The position numbers were made by a program, and so were the translations under genes. Positions 53,250 to 64,000 of a stretch of DNA of 64,000 nucleotides are shown piece after piece (the stretch's first letter is position 1; each line of letters starts with the position of its first letter). The stretch is taken from NCBI RefSeq assembly GCF_036321535.1, contig NC_087436.1, forward strand, positions 52,392,001-52,456,000, given 5' to 3'. The notes under the pieces are model-generated. The model did not search any database, was not told the origin of the DNA, and saw only the letters and a list, made by a program, of their open reading frames with translations. Source of the stretch: Camelus dromedarius (taxonomy: Eukaryota).

Positions 53250-54130
53250 GGATTAGCAAGACAAGCTCCCACTGCTACAATTGGTTCCTGTTCTGTAAGT
53301 GACAGTTCTCCCCTCCCTTCACCATCTCCCATTTTAGATTTTCCCCACTCTCAGCTAACACTCTTGCCAGCCTGGACTGCTGACCCAGTAGGATGCCCCA
53401 CATCTTCATCCCCAAGAGGTTTGAGCCCATCATTGCCCTGCCCTTGTCAGGCTGTGGTTGTTACAATTCCCAATTGACAGTTTTCATTTGACACAGGAGT
53501 GCCAAGAGACACCACAGTTAATCCCCTGGATTCAAGATACTCCTCCCTATCTTCATTGTGTAGAAACAACCCTGACTCCTCATGGTTATCAGACTTGATT
53601 ATCCCCACTAGTACAGTAACTCTTTTCTTTGCCTAAAAAGAGGCAAGATGATACCCACAACCTGTAGTACAGACTAACCTATATTGTGCTCCCTGGCACT
53701 CCTCCTTTGAATATACATGATTGTACATCCCAGAGAACAGCACCCCAGAGTGCTGTCCTCCACTTGGGATCTCAGGTGAGCCTTCAATAGACCTTTCCAC
53801 CTTTTATCAGGCTGGCTATTCCTGGGTTCTGGGGTACATGATAAGCAAGTGAATGCAAGTCCACATTCAGTAGGATTGCATTGCTGAAAGAGTTGGATGA
53901 AACCGACCTGCTGCCAAGTGGCTAGTCAGTCTCCCTGAGGAATGAAGCTGTGTTGAGGGCTTAATGTTGGTGTATGCTGCCTGCAGGCTGAGCATTCAAC
54001 AGAAGCAGTAATTAGATCAGCATTGGAGAGGGAACTACAACTTGTCAGGTCCATGCTTAGCCTACAATTTTGCCTCTCCTCTTGCTTCACGTCTGACCCA
54101 TGAGACTTGCATGTGGGCACTGAGTAACTT
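53250..54130 (-). mobile_element. ERVL internal remnant (integrase plus dUTPase)
   Basis: Minus-strand peptides ADLITASVECSACRQHTPTLSPQHSFIPQGD*LATWQQV, YHVPQNPGIASLIK/WKGLLKAHL and AKKRVTVLVGIIKSDNHEESGLFLHNEDREEY match ERVL integrase and dUTPase motifs in the expected order. Confidence 0.85.
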
Positions 54131-54719
54131 CCACAGCATCTCATGCCTGTAACAGGAAAAACCCTAGACATAAAGTGAGAAGCACATGGTATATATTTGG
54201 AACCTTTGTCAGGAAAAAGTTGTTAAGCTGAGCCCCAGATTTGTACTGATAGAGGAATAGTATATGCTGGTGCCAGGACGCTTCTAGCCTAAATGCAGAC
54301 CAAATGCATAGATCATGGTGACATGCGAACTGAAAATGCTGTGTCTTGATTTTCTGGTGCCTTGAGCAGATACTTATTCTACTTAGTGGGTAAGACAGCT
54401 CTGCAAACATAATACAACACAGAACATGTCATATACCAAAATTAGGACTGACATTCATCTGTGAATCCTGGGGTGGCATGCTGCCCAGTGGGTCAGATGG
54501 ATCAGGCTTTCCTCTGATAAAATTTCAGAAGGCATAAATGAGGGTTAAAAAAAAAAAGCTTTCTAACTAGCATAGCTAAAGAAAAGGCAGAGAGGTAGGG
54601 AATAGAATGCATCCCACATTGAAATCACTAATCAACTCGTTTTTCTTACATGATAAGTTAAAGGCAGAATCCTAAAGGAACTGGAATGAAAAACTAAGAA
54701 AATTTCAAAATTTAATAGA

Positions 54720-55100
54720 TAGTTAAAGGAGATCTGCCCACATTTTTATGAGGGCAACACCATGATCAGAACTTAGCTCTAGGAAAGTGTGTTGGTGGTA
54801 GTATGTAGGAGACGAAATTTAAAGGTTAGGAGAACAGAAGACTTCAGCCTTATGTGAGACACAGTGAGGCTTGAATTTCACTGACAATCACTAACATGAA
54901 TAGGAATGGGGGCAAAAAAAAAAAAAAAAAAAGTCCAAAGTAAGACACTATTAGACATATGCATTGGCTGGGTGGAGAAGCAAAGGAATGATATGTCAAA
55001 GAAAACTTAAGCTGTCAGCCCTAGCTTATGGACGTGGAAGTGGGGTCACCTTTTAAGTCTGATTACCTTGAATTGGAGGTGTTAGAAGAGAGATGGACTG
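54720..55100 (-). mobile_element. L2 fragment (antisense) containing an A19 tract at 54914-54932
   Basis: CATGATCAGAAC...GTGAGGCTTGAA...TTGAATTGGAGGTG resemble antisense L2. The A run was read directly. Confidence 0.5.
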
Positions 55101-55173
55101 GGCATGTAGTGTATACATATTTATGCATGGATTTCTGTGTGTACATGTATACAGAGGCAATGCATATGGCTGA

Positions 55174-55548
55174 TGTGGAAGTGCAGATACCCAGATCACC
55201 CTTCAAGGAGAGGCTTGCTGGTTAGTGACAGGGCATGCGGTCAGAAGTCAGCAGCCAGCTGTCTTCCCCATCACATCTCCCTTAGCGTCAGAGAGCTCCT
55301 CTGCCTGAGGTTACATCCCTCGCAGAGCTGCTTACTTGCAGCGCCTGAGGGAGGCAGGCGTGCAAAGCTCTGACGTTTGTGACCTGGGCATGATGTTCTG
55401 ATGGGCAGACTTGCTTCAGAGCTCCCTGCCAGTCGGCTTCCTCCTCTGTCCATTTCTGCTGCTGAGCTTTTCCTTTTTGGTCCCTAATAAACATCTTGAT
55501 CCTACCCTGCATCTCAGCATCTGCTGCCAGAAAGCCCAATCTGCAACA
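55174..55548 (+). mobile_element. ERVL solo LTR (LTR16-like)
   Basis: TGTGG start, CAGATCACCCTTCAAGGA, and end CCTAATAAACATCTTG...CATCTCAGCATCTGCTGCCAGAAAGCCCAATCTGCAACA. Confidence 0.8.
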
Positions 55549-55559
55549 GTAGTGATGTA

Positions 55560-55955
55560 CCATGTGGGGGTTCTTGTAGATGCAAATAATGGAAAAACCA
55601 ACTCAACATATCTAAAACTCTTTATTGTCTCATAAAACAAAAAGTTCTGAAGCAGGGCAGTCACAGAGTTGACTAATATAAATGACTCAGTGATATCATC
55701 ATACCCCTGAGCATCTTTCCATTCCCTTACCATAGGTTTTTGTTTTTATTTTTTTGCATGACTGTTTGGTTTTGTTTTAATCAGAGAAGAAACTCTCAAG
55801 CTCCCAGAGGCCTGAACGGGGTCCCATATCCATAGCTTAAGATGGAAGCTGGGGTAGCAATTTCTAGCAGCTCCTATAGCAGAAGGCAATCTGCCAGCAA
55901 GGCTAAATTTGGGAAAAGAAATGGTTTGGGGAGAGTAACCATCAGCGTCTACCAT
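55560..55955 (-). mobile_element. Old MLT1-type LTR (antisense)
   Basis: GGTTCTTGTAGATGCAAATAATGGAAAAACCAACTCAAC...TTTATTGTCTCATAAAAC...CATCAGCGTCTACCA. Confidence 0.55.
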
Positions 55956-56993
55956 AAAGGGGGGAAAATGAGTGAACTGGATTCCATTAATGCGGTGCGG
56001 AATACCTCCTTTTCATGATTCTCTTTAAATCCAATTACTTTAGACCCTAAGTGCCCAGAGTTCTGTGCATAGTAGGAAATTTAATCATAGCTCCTTGGTG
56101 TGAAGATCCTGTGATATTATTTGATGTCAAAGCATCAAGAAAAGCCCTGCGGTCAATAGCTGATAACTTGTTTTCACCAAAGTACCCATCATTGCAATGC
56201 ACGCAGCACCTCCAGTTCTGATGACTTCACTGCTTCTGGGCCACTCACCACTGACGTACTTGAACTGATAGTGGGGCCAGGAACCTTGGTATCATGTGTA
56301 CTATATCCCTATCTTGTCAATGTCTTGTCTTACGAAAGTTTTTTTTTTAATGTGCATTTATTTATTCTTCATTAATATTGGACTAGGCAGATCTGTATCT
56401 CTCAGTCTTTAGCAAATAACCCACATAAATCTCTCTCTATATATATACAAATAGAGAGAAGTACTTGTATAAAACTGAATATTCACGATTTTAAATATGA
56501 CAAATACCATCAAGGGAAAAGCAGAATGTCATACTGAGTTAACATCTCAATAAATGTTCAAACCTGAACCATAAGTATATTTTCCATAAGACTTTAACAA
56601 AAAAGGTAGTATGCATGTCACTAACATTGCAAATCTGATCCTCAATTAGGTTGAGGAGGAATGGAATAACTTGCAAGGCAAGGTTTGTAAGCTAAGTGCT
56701 TGCAAACAATGTGCTGGCCCCATAAACAGAAGAGCTGCCCATCTTTGATCTCTGCCATCGAAAGGAGTCTCTCCCCCAAGTCACTCTCCTGGCTTCTCCA
56801 TCTTCTTTCTCTCTCTTGGTCTCTTTTTACACCACACATGATCTTTTCATTGAGCTTCAGCTTGGACATTATATCCTGCAAAAAACCCTTGAAACAAGGA
56901 AATATCTAGGGCTCGACTGCTGCTCTGAGTTAGGAGAAGAAAAAATGCAGAGATCAAAACATAAAGAGTAAAAACTCATCCCAGACTCCGCCG

Positions 56994-57141
56994 CAGGTTT
57001 GCCAGAATTAGCAAATTGAAATTCAGGAAGCCTAGCTCACTCTGAATGTCAGATAAACAATGAACACTTTTTTTGTATGAGTTTGTCCCATAAGCTTGGG
57101 ACAAACTTGACTGGGCATCATGTATTTTATCTTGCAACTTT
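56994..57141. mobile_element. MER53 palindromic DNA-transposon MITE, right arm partly deleted
   Basis: Ends CAGGTTTGCCAGA...TCTTGCAACTT, internal TCAGATAAACAATGAA, central TGTCCCA-loop-TGGGACA. Confidence 0.8.
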
Positions 57142-60100
57142 AAACCTTCCCTTCTGTATAAAAAAAAGGTTTCAACAGATATAGTTGTTAATGTTGGTTT
57201 GAAGTTTGGGAGAGAGGTTGCTATCGAAAATATAGATTTCAGAGACTTCCAATTAGACTATAGCTGAAGAGATGTAAAAAGATGTTAACTCCAAGGGCTA
57301 GGAGTACAAAGAGAAAGAAAGATTCTTGGTATTCTCCCTGACGTCTGGAATAGTGCGAGACATATAGATCTCAATTAATTCTTCTGCCGAAGTAATGGAT
57401 TCTTTCTTCTGTGTTTTCATTATCTCTTTAGTAGATTATGTCACATTAACATGTGTAGTAATTACCATGACACCTTTTATGAATTTTTAAGAGTAGAAAA
57501 GAGATTCATGTTTATATTTTACTTTCATGATTATTCAAATTGTCCATGCATGTGACTTGAACATTATATTGGTAAAAGGTTCTCCCAAAGACGAATAATT
57601 AGAAAAATTAATTTGAGAAACCGATGTCTGTTTCCGGATACTCTCAGGCAATGCATGGTATCAGTAAAGCCTTAAATCTCAAATAATTTAGAGATCCACA
57701 CAACAGGTATGCTTTTCAGTATTTTTTTATGGTTAACTTAAATGTGTCATACTCTCCACATAGGGTGTCTTGGGTAGATTCAGAGCTGTTGTCTAGCAAT
57801 CAACATTAGGTACTTTAAGAGACCAGATTTTGGAAAGTACGATTCTAATTATGTTGATCAGATATGCTCTGTAATATAATTCATGCAACTGGCTTTTCCC
57901 CATGGGCTAATCAAGAACACAGAGAACCTACTGTCTGGAGGCTGGGCGAGGACACTCCTGAGCACAGTCACGATTGGACCTGCAGCTGTGGAGATAGGTC
58001 CCAGGTGGCCAGGAGAGAGTGTTGACAGTGGGAACAGGCTCCGCAATCACTGCTTCTCGTTGCCAAGGGAACAGCGTCCCAAGTAACACCCACAAAGGCC
58101 CTGCCTTTGCTCAGCCTCCCTGCACGCATTCAATGGCTCCCTCCAAAGCACTGTATCCAAATGCAGGGCTGGCACTGCTCACTTATTTTAGAATCACCTT
58201 AACTCGGGGACATTTCCAGAAAATAAAAATACCTTATGTCTAAATTGCAGTAGAAATGAGTTTGAAATGAAGCAGGAGGAAGTTTCCTTGGATCAGAAAG
58301 ATTGTGCAGTGACTTTGGTGGTGATTATTATTCCATCTGTTGATGTGATTATGGAAATTCTGGCTGAGACTGAAGTCTTGTGCTCTCTGCGGCCGTTCCT
58401 GTACTCCCCAAAGGATGGAGGGCTGCCAGCTATGCAAAGTGCTGGAAAGGGATGAAAGCAAACCACTGACCTTGAAGTACTGTTCAGGAGTTCTTAACCC
58501 GTTTAATATAGGTAGCGTGTGTTTGTTTCTGCATATTTACACAGCCTTGCAAAGCTCTTCAGATGTTCTTCACTGAGAGTTTTTTTAAGCTGACCTCTGA
58601 ACTCCACTGCGTGGTACCCGAAGAAGCTGATGAAGCTCAGAGAGGATAAAATGAAAAGCAGCAGAAAGTTTAGTTTAAAAAATGGGCTATTATATGCACA
58701 TGGCAATGTAAGCAGCTGAGGAAAATGCGAGTGGACCAATGCTCGTGCTACATAACCAAAACCAAAAATAATTCTTGTGAAGAGAAGCAATATAAAGTAA
58801 CTGGCATCCTCAGTCCTTGTCATGTATATTTTGTTGTTGACTATAAATATGGACAGGGGATGTAAAAAATCCCTCTGCTTAAAAAAATTAGTTGACTTTG
58901 AGTCATTGATTCATTTTTAACAAAACTACCAAGACTCAGACTATCACGGTATGACACCAAAGTTTTCGAGTAGATTAAAAAATGCCATGTTGTATGGAAT
59001 CTTCCAGCTCTGGGGAACTTTGGCATCACGGGGATTCGGTCTGGTTTCTAAGATGCTCCGACCTTAATATTCTACCTTAAGGGATCCTCTTCCACTACCT
59101 GCATGTTTTCGTGCAGTAAGATATTTTCTCTCTGAAAATAACAGAATGGGCAATTCTGTCTGTGTCTTTAGAGCGCTGGGTATGAGGTGCTTTGTGATTT
59201 TTGTGATTCAGCCCCTCCAGAGACACGTAAGGCCTGACAGCATTGTTACAGAAGAAAATGAATCCTCTGTGCACCTGAATTTGTGGCCGTATCTTTAAAT
59301 GTGAAGTGACTCATTTCAGCCTCCGAGAGACAGTCTTGAGTAGACTCAGTCATGTTGATGTCCACTGAAGCTATTTATTGCCTAGAATTGTTCTTTTCCA
59401 CTTCTAACTCATCATCCCTCCCACCACCCCAGAGGAGCAAACCTGAGAGCAGAGATCAGTCCATGGCAGTGGAAAAGGACTAGTGGAGCCCAGTGTGCAC
59501 TGTTACAGATCCATCAGGACTGGTTTAAGATAACACATAACCATTGTGGAAGGTCTTCAGTGCGGTGCGCTTCCTCAGTTTAAAATGGCCAGAAGGAAAG
59601 TTTTATTTGCTCTCTTTCCTCTAAGCCATTGCTTTGATCGTACTATGGGAATTCAAATCCTAGTCCATGTTTGAGGAATTAGAATGGCCTCATTAACCCA
59701 GGGCCTAAATAAAGCCAGAGTGGGTTTACAAAGGGTAGTCTGCAGGCAAGTAAATCTGTGACTTTAAATCAAAATTGGTGGTATGAATACAATTTGTAGC
59801 ATTAGCACTAATCATTTTTAATGCCAGAAATGTCTTTCCATTATGTGGAATATCATTGTGATTTGAAAACATGTCCAGGGTTGTTGAGCCCTTAATGAAT
59901 TTAGGAAGTGCTGTTGGCTCATTTCTTGTAAACCAGTCTTTAAAATTGTTTCCTCCTTTCTAAGTACTTGCTTCCAAGTATTAGAGAATGACATCTGTGG
60001 GGCTGGGGGGCCAGATGAGTTGGCTACTGTACCGTGGAGCCATAAAGCCAATGAAATGAGGGCACAAAGCTGCCTTATGGCCATAGTTTCCTCAGAATTT

Positions 60101-60234
60101 CTTCTTTCTTCTCTTTAGTTATGAGTCCTGAGATTCCTCAGATCTGTTTTGCAAATATCCCCAGTGTTTACCAGAGCAGATCTGGTCTTGCAGTGGTACA
60201 ATTGGCATTATTTGAAGATGTTCTTTGTTATCAT

Positions 60235-61075
60235 CTTAATGAATACATATTGAGGACCTACTTGCCTGTGCCACTATTATAGTCACTCTGGGAACAGCCA
60301 TAAAAAAACAAATAAATAGACATCCCTGGTGAAAGAGGACAGATAAGAAACAAATAAAAAAATTTGTAGTTTGTAGGAGAAAATTACTGCTATTGTAAAA
60401 AATAAAGAACAGAAGGGATCAGGAAATCTTGAGAGTGAAGGAAGACATTGCAGTTTTAAATAAGGTGGTCAGGAAAAGCTTTACTGATTAACATAAATAT
60501 TTTTGACCAAAGACCCATAATAGATGAGAGAGAAGACTCCTTGGAAATCTAAGGGAAGAGCATTTCAGATGGAAGGAAAAACAAATGCATATGTCCTGAG
60601 GCGGGAAGGTGCCCAGCAGGCTTGAGTTCCCACTTGGAGGCACATGTTGGAATAAAGTGAGTGAGAGGGGGTGGGCGTGGTGGTCAGAGAAGATATCTTA
60701 GGGAGAGAGAAGCCCTGACCTCGCAGAGCCTTGTAGGATACTGTTAACAACTTGATTTTACTCTAAGAAAGATGGATGTGGTCTGGCTTAAATTTTAACA
60801 GTATCATTCAGCCACTAGGTTGAAAAGAGACTACAGAGGGGTAATGGTGGGAACCGGGAAACCAATTAAAAATCTCTGGTGATAACAAAACTGGCAAACG
60901 ACGACTGTCACTAGGACCAGCTGATTGACGTCAACGCTGAGAGAACTTGCAGCCTGATTAGGTACAGGATTTGCGAGAAAGAGAGACGTCAAAGATGACT
61001 CTAACGTTTTGGTCTGAGCAATTAGAAAACTAGGAGTTTTCACATATTGAGATGGGGAAGAATGCAAGCTCTGTA
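60235..61075 (-). mobile_element. L2 LINE (antisense, ~840 bp)
   Basis: ACATATTGAGGACCTAC, TTTTAAATAAGGTGGTCAGGAAAAGC, GGGAAGAGCATTTCAGATGGAAGGAA, GTCAAAGATGACTCTAACGTTTTGGTCTGAGCAA and TGAGATGGGGAAG. Confidence 0.88.
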
Positions 61076-61632
61076 AGTCCTTGCTGTCTGTTCCTTGTCC
61101 CTTGATCTGTTTCAGTTCACATGGAGACAATCTTTCATTTCACTTTCTCTCTCCATTTCCCAGTCATTTGGAGTTTCAAAAACCATAAAAACCCTCTTTG
61201 GTTTTCACCTTAGCATTCAGAACATGAGGAACCCAATACATTTTATCTTTTATCAACACAATTATTTTTCAACATTTTAAAAACAGAATAAAAGCACGAG
61301 TGTTTGTGTGAGTCTGTTTTGTGGTGGTTGTTTAAACATCTTAATGTCGTAAAAGCATGATCATCAGATTCACCCCTCAGAACTTCACTCTGCCCCAGGG
61401 AGAAGGTGCTTTGAATGCGTGACTCACTTGTGTGGATGACTTTCAACTCCACTATTGTTTCCATCTTGGACACTTGTTTATTTTAGGCCTCATGACAGAT
61501 GAGCTCACCCAGATCTTAAAATGCAGAATCTAAGGTTGTGTCAGACTATAATTTGATGCTAACTTTGTTTAGCCCCCTCTTCAATTACTGAAGTCACCAC
61601 CCTAGACGCTGGAAAATAACCGGAGACAATGT

Positions 61633-61814
61633 TTGTTTGGTGGCAAATTAGAAGCTGACGTCCCAGCTTTCCTCGAGTGTGACTGTGTGTATGCAATTTA
61701 ATTATATTGAAACTGAGCGTTATGATGCCTAAGCTGACTTTCCTTTATCCTAAGATTGACTTCATGTTTGGGAAAAAGCGACAGAAAGTGGTAAATGTCT
61801 TCTAACGTGGAAAA
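61633..61814 (+). repeat. Dispersed direct repeat, copy 1 (182 bp)
   Basis: 179/182 identical to 62641-62822 by manual alignment. Confidence 0.95.
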
Positions 61815-62640
61815 TTTCAAACTCTAGGTACAGAGATGGAGTACACATCCATAATATTTACATAAAACATAATCATTTCTCGCGTTCTCACCGAGCGGAG
61901 GACAGGAGCAGTGGGGGCTCCGGCTACTGCCTGTAACTGAGTTAGACGAGTGCGAGCCCTAAGGCGTCTATCTTTGGGCAAAGCGGTAAACCATGATTAT
62001 GGCTGTGGCTGGGGAAGCAATTTAAATGTAGAATAAGGTAACAGAGGACCAGGCGCATCTACTTTATGGACACTGTGGGTTTTATTTTCGGCATTTGTAA
62101 ATCTATAGTTCTTTATAAACAGAACAAAGTGGTCAATTTTCACAGGGGCTGTGCTGGCACAGTGGTAGCCAGGGCTTAGTTTGGGAACAAAGTCATTAAA
62201 AATAACTATGTACAAAGAGCTCAGTCATAAATAATGTGCCACAAAGGAGCCAAAGAAATCCAAAGGCAGTAAATGATTTACTTCGCTGTATCTAAAAGTC
62301 TGCTACGAACTGCCTGTCCCTACATGTGGCAGATCCCCGAGGAACTCCTCCTAGTCCTTTCCCACTTTCTCTCCTATCTTCCCTCTTTCCTCCTTTCCTC
62401 CCCTGTCACCCCATCTTCCTCTCCCCAAAGCTGATCACTTGCCAGTGACTCAGGCAATCAGTGGAGGGAGGAGAGAAGGAAAACCACGGATAGACGATCC
62501 CTGAGGCCACTCTGCCTTTCCGCTTGGGCAAATTGTGATAATAAGCCTTTCTGTGATTTCTGTTCCTCCATCAGTATTATCTTTAAAGTGTGGTTTTCAC
62601 CAGGACAAAAAAATGTTAAAGAAAATGAGAGAAACTGACA

Positions 62641-62822
62641 TTGTTTGGTGGCAAATTAGAAGCTGACGTCCCAGCTTTCCTCGAGTGTGACTGTGTGTAT
62701 GCAATTTAATTATTTTGAAACTGAGCATTATGATGCCTAAGCTGACTTTCCTTTATCCTAAGATTGACTTCATGTTTGGGAAAAAGCGACAGAAAGTGGT
62801 AAATGTCTTCTAACATGGAAAA
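62641..62822 (+). repeat. Dispersed direct repeat, copy 2 (182 bp)
   Basis: Offset 1008 bp from copy 1, with differences at 62714, 62727 and 62815. Confidence 0.95.
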
Positions 62823-63324
62823 CTTCCTGAATGTAAAGAACATTGAAGACCTCCATGATCTTGCTTGTTTTTCACCTTATCTTTTCCTCTTAAATCTTGT
62901 TCCTTCTAATTATCTGTGGCTTCCTCTTTGACTTCTCTCTTCCTCTCATAGCGAACATCAATATGGCAGAAAATTCTGTTGTCTCATTCACATGTCATTC
63001 ATGTGTCTATAGGGACCTCGTCTCGCTGCTTCCACAAGCCATGATTTTTCACACTTCCAAGGCTTAACTTGGCCCTGGACTCTCTGTGGCTCCCAGTCTT
63101 TGAGCCTATGAAGCCTTTGCTCTCTGTCCTTCTCAAATAGAGTTAACCTCTACTTTCCTTGGGTCCCAATTACATGTTATCAAGGCAAATGTAACATTTA
63201 ATTGATTAAAAAAATACTGTCTTCTTCTCTTGCTAAATGAAGGCCAAGAAAATATTTACCTTCTTCACTTTGTCTTTCAGTGTCTGTCACATATTACATT
63301 CTTAAATGATCCTGGAATCAATGT

Positions 63325-63870
63325 TTATGTCATGTGCCAGGCACTGCCATTTGCTTTCACATAGATTGTCATTAAATTTTTTTTAATGAAGTACAGTCAG
63401 TTTATAATGTGTCAGCTTCTGATGTTCAGCATAATGTTTCAGTCATACATACGCATACATATATTCTTTTTCATTGTAGGTTACTATTAGATACTGAATA
63501 TAATTCCCCATGCTATATGGAAGAAATTTTTTAATCTATTTTACATATAGTAGTTAGTATTTGCAAATCTCAAACTCTGAATTTATCCCTTCCTACCCCT
63601 TTTCCCCCCAGTAACCATAAGTTTGTCTACTCTTGTCTGTGTGTCTGTTTCTGTTTTGTAGATGAGTTCATTAGTGTCTTCTTTTTTCTTTTTTTTTTTA
63701 GATTCCACATATGACATTTAATCTTTATAAAAATTCTACGATTATAAATATGATGTTTGTTAATTTCTTCTGTTTTTAATTTTCTGTGACTGAGAAAACT
63801 GACGCTCAGAAGATGTAAATGGTGGGAAGTCACTGGTCTAATTACTGGTAGTAACAGCATTCAACTGTCA
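63325..63870 (-). mobile_element. MIR SINE (antisense) split by an L1 insertion
   Basis: ATGTGCCAGGCACTG lies before the L1, and CATTTAATC...TGAGAAAACTGACGCTCAGA after it. Confidence 0.65.
63382..63714 (-). mobile_element. L1 3' end (variant subfamily), 5'-truncated
   Basis: TAATGAAGTACAGTCAGTTTTATAATGTGTCAG...CCAGTAACCATAAGTTTG...AGATTCCACATATGA is homologous to 39941-40280. Imperfect TSD CATTAAATTTTT (63370-63381) / CATTTAATCTTT (63715-63726). Confidence 0.88.
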
Positions 63871-63885
63871 CGTTCTCTCCCTTTC

Positions 63886-64000
63886 AGTAGTTCTCTCATT
63901 TGAGTGTGCATCAGAATCACCAGAAGGTCTTGCTGAAACAAATTTCTGGGCCATATCCTTAGAGCTTCTGATTCAAGAGGTCTGGGTTGGGACCAGATAA
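63886..64000 (+). mobile_element. MER5A DNA transposon (runs off the window)
   Basis: CAGTAGTTCTC...GTGCATCAGAATCACC...TTTCTGGGCC...TTCTGATTCA...GGTCTGGGTTGGG. Confidence 0.8.

Noticed and set aside
55028..55225. Apparent internal peptide repeat MDVEV..SPFK
   Set aside because: The second copy is the start of an LTR and the first lies in L2-like sequence; the DNA match is short and gapped, so chance is likely.
58240..58823. Several 60-106 aa ORFs in non-repeat DNA
   Set aside because: No recognisable homology, and these lengths are within chance expectation for six frames.
61633..62822. Direct repeats as paired LTRs of a small retroelement or as a CRISPR-like array
   Set aside because: Only two units, no TG...CA termini, PBS, PPT or TSD, and the context is eukaryotic.

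Overview
AT-rich, CpG-depleted eutherian genomic DNA that looks intergenic or deep-intronic. I recognise no host protein-coding gene, rRNA, tRNA or CRISPR array. The ORF track is explained by decayed retroelement proteins or by chance. Most recognisable structure is interspersed repeats. These include a 5.15-kb 5'-truncated minus-strand L1 (39941-45091) with a perfect 12-bp TSD, several short L1 3' ends, older L1M pieces, many L2 and MIR fossils and two CR1/L3 fossils. There are also MaLR/ERVL solo LTRs, an ERVL internal remnant with integrase and dUTPase motifs, and MER5/MER53 DNA transposons. The L1 3'-end style is cetartiodactyl, and I saw no Alu, B1/B2, PRE1, Bov-A/BovB, CHR or Can-SINE, which suggests a camelid (inference). 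I cannot support a new biological system here. The best leads are a 182-bp near-identical dispersed duplication (61633/62641), a 27-nt retrotransposed insertion with complete TPRT hallmarks, a MER53 hairpin with a paired substitution, and unannotated exon-like segments. Repeat subfamily names come from remembered consensus sequences and need RepeatMasker/Dfam confirmation; most repeat boundaries are approximate.
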